Source: a virus. Taken from it: a stretch of DNA of 64,000 nt. Shown piece by piece: positions 55,079-63,762 of the stretch. The notes under the pieces were generated by a model. That model saw nothing but the letters and a program-made list of their open reading frames with translations. It was not told where the DNA came from and did not search any database. Position 1 is the stretch's first letter; each line of letters opens with the position of its first letter. The DNA is taken from positions 29,304-93,303 of the IMG/VR virus record IMGVR_UViG_3300047476_001657. One strand, written 5' to 3'. The position numbers and the translations under genes were made by a program.

Positions 55079-57451
55079 ATGGATTTATTCAATCCACCAC
55101 CAAATTTCAATTACAATTTTATGATTAAAGATATTGATTTTAACAAGTTTGATAACCCATACATTCAGGTTATATGGGAAGATTTTGCTGAAAACTTTAC
55201 TCAAGAGAAGATAAAGAGTGTAAGACATTATTTTCAAAAGAAATATAACACAACGAATGTTAATGTAATAACCAAAACTAAATCCATTGATGTTGTAAAT
55301 CAAAATGTTGATGTATCATTTAACATTCTTGATAAGAACTATCAGTACGAACTTGTTAAGTCATATTTGGAAAACAAAGGTTTAACTAATATCACAGAAG
55401 AGATTGTTAAATTAGATAATGTTGTAGATAACAAGATTTTACTAGAAGATAGTGAAATCACCCCATTCAAAAGATGGTATATCAAAAACATTGAGTTTTC
55501 CAATTTCTTATCGTATGGTGAAAATCAAAAGTTAGATTTTGAGAAATGTAATGGAATATCTGTTGTGGAATCCAATCCACCAAATTTTGGAGGAAAGACA
55601 GTATTGACTGTGGATTTACTTCTATTCTTATTCTTCAATGAAACAACAAAGACATCAAAAGCTGAAGAGATATTTAACCGATTCTCTAATAAAGATAAGG
55701 TTTATGTCAAAGGTGAAATCATCATTGATGGTGATGAATATGTAATAGTTAGAAACATAGAAAGAAAGAAGAAAAAAGATGGTGAATGGAATGTGAAAAC
55801 TGAATTGGATTTCTTTAAGAAACTAAGTGATGGGTCATTACAGAACTTCACTGGTGAACAAAGGAGAGAAACTGAAAAGTTTATCAAAACCTCCATTGGT
55901 TCAAAAGATGATTTCTTAATGACAATCTTGACAACCGCAACCAATTTGGAAGAATTAATTGATTCCAAACCAACGGCAAGGGGACAAGTATTATCCAGAT
56001 TTATGGGATTGGATTTCTTGAAAAAGAAAGAAGATACCGCAAAAGAAATCTATTCGGAGTTTTCCAAATCAATGTTATCAAATGTTTATTCAAGTGAAAA
56101 GTTAAAAACTGATAATGATAGTTACAAAGCAAGAATTATTGACCTTGAACTGGATAATAGAAAACAACAAGAAAATCTAATTGATGTTCAAAATAGAATT
56201 ATCAAAGGACAAGAATATAGAGATAACTTGTTGAAATCAAAACATACGGACATTGATGTCGAGATTGCCAATCTTAATACAGCATCGGTTGAATCGGAAA
56301 TCATTGGATTAAAAACCCAAAGACAAAGTGTTGAAAGACAATTAAAAGAACTTAAAGTGGTTGAACCCACAGAGTTTTACTCGGAACAAGAACACGACTG
56401 GTTAAAAGATGAACACAAGTTGTATTACAAAAAGATTGTTCAATTGGAACAAACAATTAAATCTATTGAAGACCTAAAATCTTCTGTTAATGGGGGAATC
56501 AAATGTGAACATTGTGGAATTGAATTAATAACCGCAGCAATAACCCAAAACAAAATATCCGAACTTGAAGGACATATCAGTCAAAAGAGTGAATATGAGG
56601 GGTTAATGAATGATTTATTAATTAGAGAAGCCAAATATGTTCTATTGAAAAAAGAATTTGATGAGTATGAAAAGAACAAACTTATTAAAGAAAAGTACGA
56701 GTTGACAATTGAGGGTTATGAATTAAAAATCAAGGGTTTGGAAGATAAGTTGGAAAAGTTCAATTCGTTACAGGATAAGATATCCACCAATAACAAAATT
56801 GAAACCCAACTTATTAAAGCCAACCTCAGAATTGATGAGTTAGATAGAGAGAAAAGTTCAGTTCAAAGAATAATTGATTCAAACAATTATCAAATTGAAA
56901 GTTTGAAGGAGAAGATTGAACAGAATATCCAAATGATTGAGAAAATCAAAATAGAATCTGAAAAGGAAAAAATCTACAAGGTATATTTGGAAATCTTCGG
57001 AAAGAATGGTGTATCAAAAATGATTATGAAAACAATGATTCCGATGTTGAATAATGAATTACAGAGATTGTTGGAAGATAGTTGTCATTTCAGATTGGAG
57101 ATTAACATTAATGATAAGAATGAGGTTGAATTTTTGATGATTGATAACAATACTCAGGTTGAAAAATTAATGTCATCTGGGTCAGGATATGAAAGGACTA
57201 TCGCATCATTGGCATTGAGAGCTGTGTTAACAAAAATATGTTCTTTACCGAAACCTAATATAGTGGTGATGGACGAAGTGTTTGGAAAGATATCAAATGA
57301 AAATCTTGAAATGGTTGGTGAGTTTTTTACTAAAATAAAGAATTATTTTGAAAAGATATTCGTTATCACTCACAATCCACTGGTTAGTAATTGGGCTGAC
57401 AATATTGTGAAAATCACCAAAGAGAATAACATCAGTAGTGTAACACAATAA
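55079..57451 (+). CDS. sbcC: Rad50/SbcC (gp46-like) ATPase with N-terminal extension
   Basis: IEFSNFLSYG, Walker A variant NPPNFGGKT, zinc hook CEHC, signature SGSGYE, VMDEVFG, VITH. Confidence 0.88.
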   Translation: MDLFNPPPNFNYNFMIKDIDFNKFDNPYIQVIWEDFAENFTQEKIKSVRHYFQKKYNTTNVNVITKTKSIDVVNQNVDVSFNILDKNYQYELVKSYLENKGLTNITEEIVKLDNVVDNKILLEDSEITPFKRWYIKNIEFSNFLSYGENQKLDFEKCNGISVVESNPPNFGGKTVLTVDLLLFLFFNETTKTSKAEEIFNRFSNKDKVYVKGEIIIDGDEYVIVRNIERKKKKDGEWNVKTELDFFKKLSDGSLQNFTGEQRRETEKFIKTSIGSKDDFLMTILTTATNLEELIDSKPTARGQVLSRFMGLDFLKKKEDTAKEIYSEFSKSMLSNVYSSEKLKTDNDSYKARIIDLELDNRKQQENLIDVQNRIIKGQEYRDNLLKSKHTDIDVEIANLNTASVESEIIGLKTQRQSVERQLKELKVVEPTEFYSEQEHDWLKDEHKLYYKKIVQLEQTIKSIEDLKSSVNGGIKCEHCGIELITAAITQNKISELEGHISQKSEYEGLMNDLLIREAKYVLLKKEFDEYEKNKLIKEKYELTIEGYELKIKGLEDKLEKFNSLQDKISTNNKIETQLIKANLRIDELDREKSSVQRIIDSNNYQIESLKEKIEQNIQMIEKIKIESEKEKIYKVYLEIFGKNGVSKMIMKTMIPMLNNELQRLLEDSCHFRLEININDKNEVEFLMIDNNTQVEKLMSSGSGYERTIASLALRAVLTKICSLPKPNIVVMDEVFGKISNENLEMVGEFFTKIKNYFEKIFVITHNPLVSNWADNIVKITKENNISSVTQ

Positions 57452-57458
57452 AAAGATT

Positions 57459-57490
57459 AAACTCACCGAAAAAAAAAGGTGGGTTTTTTT
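57459..57490 (+). terminator. Rho-independent terminator
   Basis: AAACTCACC / GGTGGGTTT followed by a T run, after sbcC. Confidence 0.75.
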
Positions 57491-57518
57491 GTTTTATTGA
57501 AAAATGGTTATATCTTTG
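57488..57518 (+). promoter_or_regulatory. Bacteroidota sigma-A consensus promoter TTTG-N19-TATCTTTG
   Basis: Exact match to the -33 TTTG / -7 TAnnTTTG consensus with 19-nt spacing. Confidence 0.8.
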
Positions 57519-57544
57519 TACTCAACAAAAAATCCCAATAGAAT

Positions 57545-58093
57545 ATGAAATACTTACTGACAGTTTTTATAGCACATGAAAATCAAGATTTATTTGCTCA
57601 ATCAGTTGCAATGGAGATTAGCCAACTTACAAAGGTGAATGGTGTTAAATACCACTACGGTCCTCAAGCTGTAATTTACACCTTTGAAACAAAAACAAAG
57701 TTTGAAACGGTAAAGTCATTCTTTGACACAATCTTAGGTGACTTATCAATTACACACATCTTAGTACCAATAAAAACTGACAAAATGTCATATTGGTTTG
57801 AAAAACAATTTGAAAAACATCTATTTGGTACGGATATTTGTAAGTCAAATGAAGAGTACTCAAAAGAAGAACAAGAAATGTTACAAGACCAAATGTTTGG
57901 TGGAACAAATATTTTTGATGACATTGATGAAGATGATGAGGATGAAGATGAAATCCAAAAAATTGTCAAAAAATCTATGGAAGTAGAAAAGAAATCCCCA
58001 TCTTTGGATGACATTTTAGACAAGATAAATGAAAAGGGGATGTCCTCCTTAACTAAGATTGAAAAAGATTTATTAAAACAATATTCAAACTAA
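57545..58093 (+). CDS. Hypothetical protein with acidic linker and C-terminal DUF6576-like domain
   Basis: SLDDILDKINEKGMSSLTKIEKDLL. Confidence 0.7.
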   Translation: MKYLLTVFIAHENQDLFAQSVAMEISQLTKVNGVKYHYGPQAVIYTFETKTKFETVKSFFDTILGDLSITHILVPIKTDKMSYWFEKQFEKHLFGTDICKSNEEYSKEEQEMLQDQMFGGTNIFDDIDEDDEDEDEIQKIVKKSMEVEKKSPSLDDILDKINEKGMSSLTKIEKDLLKQYSN

Positions 58094-58094
58094 T

Positions 58095-58895
58095 ATGAAA
58101 GAGAAAAACACAGGTATGCCAATCAATCAAGAAGAAATTCAACAATATCTTAAGGATATTAGAAAGAAAAGAGTTATGACTCCTGAAAGGGAGAAAGAAC
58201 TTGCAGTTTTAATGAAGTCAGGTGAACTAACCCCTAAACAAGTGGAACAAGTAAATAAAGAATTATTGGAGGGTAATCTAAGATTCGTTATTACTGTGGC
58301 CAAACAATATCAAAATCAAGGATTAGATTTATCCGATCTTATTGCTGAGGGTAATTTGGGATTGATGAAAGCTATCAAGAACTTTGATTGGAACAAAGAT
58401 TTAAGATTTATTTCCTATGCTGTATGGTGGGTTAAACAATCTATTCTTCAAAGTTTGAATGACAATGCAAGAACCATTCGTCTCCCAGTGAATGTTGTTC
58501 AAGATTTACATAGAGCAAAAAAAGAAATTGATGCGAAAGGTGGTGAATTGGAAAGTAAGTTTGCTAATCTTCCATCTATGATTGATTTGGATATGGATAT
58601 CAATGAAGAAGGTGATACATTATTTGATGTATTAAAAAATGATGAGGCAGACATGCCTGATGAATCCTTTAACACGAAGGATATTCTTAAAACCAAGTTG
58701 TTAGGACTATTAACTTGTTTGGATGATAGGGAACGAGCAATTGTTGAAGATTATTTCGGATTGTCAGGTTCGCCAAGAACATTGGAAGACATTGGTGGTG
58801 ACTTTAATCTTACCAAGGAAAGAGTTCGTCAAATCAAAGAAAAATCATTGAGAAAGTTGAGAAACTTATCAGGTGATTTGTTTGAGTGGATGTAA
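58095..58895 (+). CDS. RNA polymerase sigma-70 family factor (Bacteroidota RpoD-like, short)
   Basis: QQYLKDI, NLRFVITVAKQYQNQG, EGNLGLMKA, FISYAVWWVKQSILQ, RTIRLPVN, TLEDIG..FNLTKERVRQIKEK. Confidence 0.93.
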   Translation: MKEKNTGMPINQEEIQQYLKDIRKKRVMTPEREKELAVLMKSGELTPKQVEQVNKELLEGNLRFVITVAKQYQNQGLDLSDLIAEGNLGLMKAIKNFDWNKDLRFISYAVWWVKQSILQSLNDNARTIRLPVNVVQDLHRAKKEIDAKGGELESKFANLPSMIDLDMDINEEGDTLFDVLKNDEADMPDESFNTKDILKTKLLGLLTCLDDRERAIVEDYFGLSGSPRTLEDIGGDFNLTKERVRQIKEKSLRKLRNLSGDLFEWM

Positions 58896-58909
58896 TAAAC
58901 AATTAAATA

Positions 58910-58918
58910 ATATTTATA
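58910..58918 (+). promoter_or_regulatory. Putative late motif ATATTTATA
   Basis: 9 nt before ATG 58928 (putative lysis cassette). Confidence 0.6.
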
Positions 58919-58927
58919 AAATAAAAG

Positions 58928-59227
58928 ATGATGGACAAAATCGGAAAGTTTATTCAAAAACACGGACTGTTGATTGTATTATTATTGGTCGTGTTAAATA
59001 CTTGTACTGGTAGTATGAGTAAAAAAAGATTTGAAAAGAAGGTAATGGGTGAATTTGATAGTTTGAAAACTGAAATCAAAGTATTGAAACAAGAACTCCA
59101 AAAAGAAATCAAAGTTGAGGGATTGAAAGTTGAAAAAAGAATGATTCAATCAACAGACAGAAAAATTCTTGATGTTAATAGACAAGCTGAAATTGACAAA
59201 GAAATTCAACAATTAGAAAAACAATAG
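58928..59227 (+). CDS. Membrane-anchored coiled-coil protein (spanin-like)
   Basis: N-terminal hydrophobic segment ending LNTC, followed by heptads. Confidence 0.5.
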   Translation: MMDKIGKFIQKHGLLIVLLLVVLNTCTGSMSKKRFEKKVMGEFDSLKTEIKVLKQELQKEIKVEGLKVEKRMIQSTDRKILDVNRQAEIDKEIQQLEKQ

Positions 59228-60034
59228 ATGAATAACTTACTAACTTGGATTAAAGATAATCCCATCCGTTCAATGTTCCTTGTACCCATCTTTTTGGTTG
59301 CGGGAATTTCAATCTCTCACGTTGTTGCGTGGTATGATATCACAAACCCAATTAGTTGGGCAATCTATCTATCAATTGCAATTGAGATTGGTGCTATTAC
59401 AGCCCTCATTGCCGCCACACAAAGAATTAAAGGTGGAGTGTGGTTTATGTTTGGATTGGTAACATTCGTTCAAATGGTGGGAAATATATTCTATTCATAT
59501 AAAGAGATTGACCCAACAGGAGATTTATTCAAAGCGTGGGTTGAATTAACTTCACCAATCTTTGAGATGTTTGGAACTGAACCAACAGATATTATTGCAC
59601 ATAAAAGATGGTTGGCAATATTAGGTGGGGGTTTATTACCTGTAATATCATTGACATCTCTACACTTCTTTGTAAAATATGAAGAACCAAAAAAACCTAA
59701 TTTTGAGAACGATAGAGATTTGGAAATCGTATCATTAATGGATTTGGAAACTTTGGAAAAAGAAGAGGAAGTTGAAAAACCTAAAACAAAGAGGGGTAGA
59801 AAGAAAAAAGAAGTTGAAGAACCAAAAGTAGAAGATAAGGAAATTGTTTTACCTGAACCGATAGAACCTATTACTGATGATGAAATTGAAAAGTTTTGGG
59901 TTGATGAAGTAGAGATATCAAATAATGAAGAAAAAAAAGAGGTAACAGAAACTCCAATAGTTGAAACACCAAAACCAACACGTCCTACTAAACTGACATA
60001 CACAAAACCAAATGTTTCCATAGATAGAATATAA
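59228..60034 (+). CDS. Multi-pass membrane protein (holin-like candidate)
   Basis: About 4 TM segments plus a charged disordered tail; immediately before the amidase. Confidence 0.5.
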   Translation: MNNLLTWIKDNPIRSMFLVPIFLVAGISISHVVAWYDITNPISWAIYLSIAIEIGAITALIAATQRIKGGVWFMFGLVTFVQMVGNIFYSYKEIDPTGDLFKAWVELTSPIFEMFGTEPTDIIAHKRWLAILGGGLLPVISLTSLHFFVKYEEPKKPNFENDRDLEIVSLMDLETLEKEEEVEKPKTKRGRKKKEVEEPKVEDKEIVLPEPIEPITDDEIEKFWVDEVEISNNEEKKEVTETPIVETPKPTRPTKLTYTKPNVSIDRI

Positions 60035-60624
60035 TGGACATAATAAAATACGGAGACTTTAAACCATTAGGTAAACAAAAAAAGAAGAGTCAAATAATTC
60101 TCACACATACTAGTAGAAATGTTGAGAGTTATTTGGCTTCTCTTCGTTATAGATATAATGGAAAATTTAATAGAATACCAAACTATGTAATAACTAAAGA
60201 AGGTAAAATTTTACAACTTTTAGAAAACATAGAACACACGAATTATTTCAGTGAAACTAACATCAATAGAAATGCAATAATTGTGAGTTTAGAAAATCTT
60301 GGATGGTTAGAAAAACAACCACTTCAAGACCACTACATTAATTGGATAGGTGATATTTATAAAGGAAAACCATTTGAAAGAAAATGGCGAGATTATTTTT
60401 TTTGGGATTCTTATACTGAAAAACAAATGACTAGTTTAATTTTTTTATGTAAAGAAATTTCAAATAAAATGAATATAAAAAAAGAAGTTATTGGACATAA
60501 TACAAAGATAAGTGGAATTCAAAGATTTGAAGGTATAATAACTAGAAGTAATTTGGACTCTAATTTTACGGACGTAAATCCATCATTCAATTTCGATACT
60601 TTAGAAAAAATGTTAAACTTATGA
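60034..60624 (+). CDS. N-acetylmuramoyl-L-alanine amidase-like protein (endolysin candidate)
   Basis: IILTHT, NYVITKEGKILQL, NRNAIIVSLEN, YTEKQMTSL, TDVNPSF (Amidase_2 layout). Confidence 0.72.
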   Translation: MDIIKYGDFKPLGKQKKKSQIILTHTSRNVESYLASLRYRYNGKFNRIPNYVITKEGKILQLLENIEHTNYFSETNINRNAIIVSLENLGWLEKQPLQDHYINWIGDIYKGKPFERKWRDYFFWDSYTEKQMTSLIFLCKEISNKMNIKKEVIGHNTKISGIQRFEGIITRSNLDSNFTDVNPSFNFDTLEKMLNL

Positions 60625-61232
60625 TGAACAAACATGATGAAATTAAAAAGTTATTAAAGGCAACAAAAAATATGTTAATGTCTGATAACCAACTTATTGA
60701 ATCCATTGAAATAAAAAAACAATATAATATCATTTCAGAACAAGAAATTGTATCAACATCAGGAAATATTACTAAAAAAATTGATGTAGGTTCTGCAATT
60801 GAAGACGAAATAGAATCCGATGAACTAAAATATAAAAAAAGTGGAAAGGATAAAAAACAAGCATTCAGAATATCTGGAGGGATCTTAGTTCTTCACGGTA
60901 AGAAACAATCAGAATTAGAATTAACTACTGATGAAAAAGTGGCATTCCAAGAAACAATGAATGAATTTATTGCTGAAGTTTCAGACTTAGTGGAATTTAA
61001 CCAATTGAATGTATATCACAATACTGTTGAATGGTCTGGGAAATTACTAGAGTTTAATATAGATTTTATATATATCATTGGTGAAGAGAATGGAATTTAT
61101 ATAAAAGGTGATATGATTAATGCTGATGATGAATTTTTAGATTTCATACAAAAACTTAAATCTTACTATGAAAAATTTAAATCAAAGTGGGCAAAAGTAT
61201 TAGGTAATAGAAAATTAACTAAAGTTTCTTAA
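60621..61232 (+). CDS. Hypothetical protein (possibly head-associated)
   Basis: HDEIKKLL and IISEQ motifs. Confidence 0.65.
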   Translation: MMNKHDEIKKLLKATKNMLMSDNQLIESIEIKKQYNIISEQEIVSTSGNITKKIDVGSAIEDEIESDELKYKKSGKDKKQAFRISGGILVLHGKKQSELELTTDEKVAFQETMNEFIAEVSDLVEFNQLNVYHNTVEWSGKLLEFNIDFIYIIGEENGIYIKGDMINADDEFLDFIQKLKSYYEKFKSKWAKVLGNRKLTKVS

Positions 61233-61234
61233 AT

Positions 61235-61957
61235 ATGAGTTTAAATACTGATTTAGCTAAAAAGGTGAATAGTATGATTGGTTCTGAAATGGGTTCTTCA
61301 GTTGATACTGGGGAATTTATAAAATCAATGAATAGTGTTATGTCAACTCTTGAACAATCTGAACAAACAATTATTAAAAAAAAATTAAAAAAATCAGATA
61401 TGATTAAAAATTTATCCAAAAATCAAGGAATGACTACCCCTATTGGTAAAATATATAGTATGGGTAAAAGTGAAAATAAAGAAGCAACATCGGCTGGTGC
61501 AGCTGGTGGATTCACACCAGCATTATCGGGAGAAATGAAAGAAAAGTGGAGTCAAAAATATAAAGATTCTATTGATTGTGATAATCCAAAAGGGTTTAGT
61601 CAAAGAGCACATTGTGCTGGGAAGAAGAAATCAGATAATTTAAAAAAGGTAGAAACTAAGGAAGCTACAAGCTCAGCTTCAGCAGGTTCTTATGTTACTA
61701 CTGCGGCTTGGGCCAAATCAACAAAAAAGAAAGATTGGAGAGGTAAGAGTAAAACACAAATACCTGGTGGTAGTTTTGTTCAAGTTAAGAAAAAATGTAA
61801 AAAATTTCCTTATTGTAATCAAGGTGATATCAATGCTTTAAATATAACAAACGAGGAAAAAATGAATAAAATCATTAAGTCTTTGAGTAAAAAACATAAC
61901 ATTAGTGAGACAGTGATTAAAGATATTCTGAAAAAAGATTATTTCAAAAACAAATAA
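61235..61957 (+). CDS. Low-complexity basic protein with two Cys-pair mini-domains
   Basis: KEATS repeats; KWSQKYKDSIDCDNPKGFSQRAHC; KCKKFPYCNQG. Confidence 0.65.
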   Translation: MSLNTDLAKKVNSMIGSEMGSSVDTGEFIKSMNSVMSTLEQSEQTIIKKKLKKSDMIKNLSKNQGMTTPIGKIYSMGKSENKEATSAGAAGGFTPALSGEMKEKWSQKYKDSIDCDNPKGFSQRAHCAGKKKSDNLKKVETKEATSSASAGSYVTTAAWAKSTKKKDWRGKSKTQIPGGSFVQVKKKCKKFPYCNQGDINALNITNEEKMNKIIKSLSKKHNISETVIKDILKKDYFKNK

Positions 61958-61959
61958 AG

Positions 61960-61968
61960 ATATTTATA
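61960..61968 (+). promoter_or_regulatory. Putative late motif ATATTTATA
   Basis: 14 nt before ATG 61983. Confidence 0.6.
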
Positions 61969-61982
61969 TTAAAAAACAAAAA

Positions 61983-63734
61983 ATGAAAAATTCAGAACAA
62001 TATTTAAAAAATATTTTAAGAAAAACCTTGAACGAAACCTTAGATGAAAAGGCTGATAAATTAATGGATAAAATCAAAAAGGCTGAAATGGAAGAAGGAT
62101 TTGATTCTCCTGAAATTAAATTAGATAGAGGTGGTAGAGATTATGACAAAGATGAGTTCAAAAAAATGAGATTTAGACCATACGAATTTGAAAAAGATTA
62201 TGATTTAGATTCAACAACTGAGGATGAATTTGAATATCGTTTAAACACTAGAGATATTAATTTGGATGATGAATTATATGGCGATGATGAAGATTTAGAC
62301 TTTTTTACAAGAGAAGATGACGACATCGAACCAATTAATGAAGGTCAAATGTGTGAACAATGTGGTTCAGGTAATATAAGTGAAGGGGAATGTAATGAAT
62401 GTGGTTACAAAAGAATGGACGAAGGAATATATGATGTTGATGATATTGATGACGAAAATGAATTCGATTATGTAGAAGAACAAGATGAAGATGAATTACC
62501 TTCAGATGAAGAAATTTTAGCTAGACATTGTAAATCAAATACAGATGAAGATATTAAAATATGTAATGACCGTAAAGAAATGATGGGTATGGAAATTAAA
62601 GAAAAATTATATGGTAAACAACATAAGTTGGATAAAAATAAAAACGGAAAAATAGATTCTGAAGATTTTGCTATGTTAAGAAAAGAAGAAATTTCTGAAA
62701 AATGGAAAGGTGATGTTGAAGTTGAAAAAACTGGTGAATATGCTGATATGACAATTGAAGAAATTAATTCAGCTATTAAGAAGTTAAAAAAACAAAACGA
62801 GAAATATAAAGAAGATGGAAAAAAAGTTCCTCAAAAAAATAGAGAAAAAATGAGTGAACTTTATTTTGCTAAAAGGGCTAAGCAAGGATGGAAGGGTAAA
62901 GGAAAAGCCGAAGTAGATGAAGAAGTTGAGGAAGGTAATAAATTTACTGGTATGTTAGCAAAAGCTCGTAAAGGGGATAAGTTTACAATTGATGGTAAAT
63001 CTTATACTGACACTTCAGATTATGATGTAAACGAGAGTATTGAATATCGTATTAAGGATAACTTTGGTTCATATATCAAATTAAATGAAAATGAAATGGT
63101 TGAATTAATTGAGAATATCGTTTCAGAACAAAAAACTAAATTAAAAGTAATTGGTAAACCAAAAGGCTTAACTACTTACGAAAAAGCCCACAAAGGGTCA
63201 GGTGAGGAAAATAATGAATATTTGAAATCGGTAAATAAAAAAATGAAAGACTATCTTAAAGATGGATCAAAAGGTGAATATGATATGAATCCAAAAATAT
63301 TCCCTAAAGGAAATGGTGAATTGGGTAAAATGGATAAGAAAGCTTTCAAAATGACAGATGATTTAGAAGATTTCAATTATGAAATTGCCGGTCAAAACTT
63401 CCCAGTTCCTGATGCAATTGATTACAATGAAGAATGGATGGAAAAATTGTTTAAAGGTGACTCTATGACTGGAAATGCACCTGGTGGTAATGCTTTAGAA
63501 TCAGATACTAATGAAAGATTTAATAAAATGAGAAAGAAAAATACTCTTAAAAAATTGAAAGACCAATCATATAAGAGAGTACCACAACCAGTATATAATG
63601 AAAAAACAGGGACTGATGTAGGTAAAGGTTTGAGTATTAAATTAGAAACTATAGAAGCTAAAAAAACACACCAACTTAATGAAGAATTTGATAGAATAAA
63701 AAATCTATTTTCTTATAGTAAAAAAACACAATAA
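61983..63734 (+). CDS. Acidic modular protein with Zn ribbon and EF-hand (scaffold/internal head protein candidate)
   Basis: CEQC...CNEC; DKNKNGKIDSED EF-hand loop; C-terminal LNEEFDRIKNLF. Confidence 0.65.
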   Translation: MKNSEQYLKNILRKTLNETLDEKADKLMDKIKKAEMEEGFDSPEIKLDRGGRDYDKDEFKKMRFRPYEFEKDYDLDSTTEDEFEYRLNTRDINLDDELYGDDEDLDFFTREDDDIEPINEGQMCEQCGSGNISEGECNECGYKRMDEGIYDVDDIDDENEFDYVEEQDEDELPSDEEILARHCKSNTDEDIKICNDRKEMMGMEIKEKLYGKQHKLDKNKNGKIDSEDFAMLRKEEISEKWKGDVEVEKTGEYADMTIEEINSAIKKLKKQNEKYKEDGKKVPQKNREKMSELYFAKRAKQGWKGKGKAEVDEEVEEGNKFTGMLAKARKGDKFTIDGKSYTDTSDYDVNESIEYRIKDNFGSYIKLNENEMVELIENIVSEQKTKLKVIGKPKGLTTYEKAHKGSGEENNEYLKSVNKKMKDYLKDGSKGEYDMNPKIFPKGNGELGKMDKKAFKMTDDLEDFNYEIAGQNFPVPDAIDYNEEWMEKLFKGDSMTGNAPGGNALESDTNERFNKMRKKNTLKKLKDQSYKRVPQPVYNEKTGTDVGKGLSIKLETIEAKKTHQLNEEFDRIKNLFSYSKKTQ

Positions 63735-63762
63735 TATACATTTCTAAAAAAGGTGTTATAAT

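Noticed and set aside
2363-60021. Numerous 60-176 aa antisense or alternate-frame ORFs in the ORF track
   Set aside because: They lie wholly within well-supported genes, mirror their codon bias or repeats, and lack leaders or motifs.
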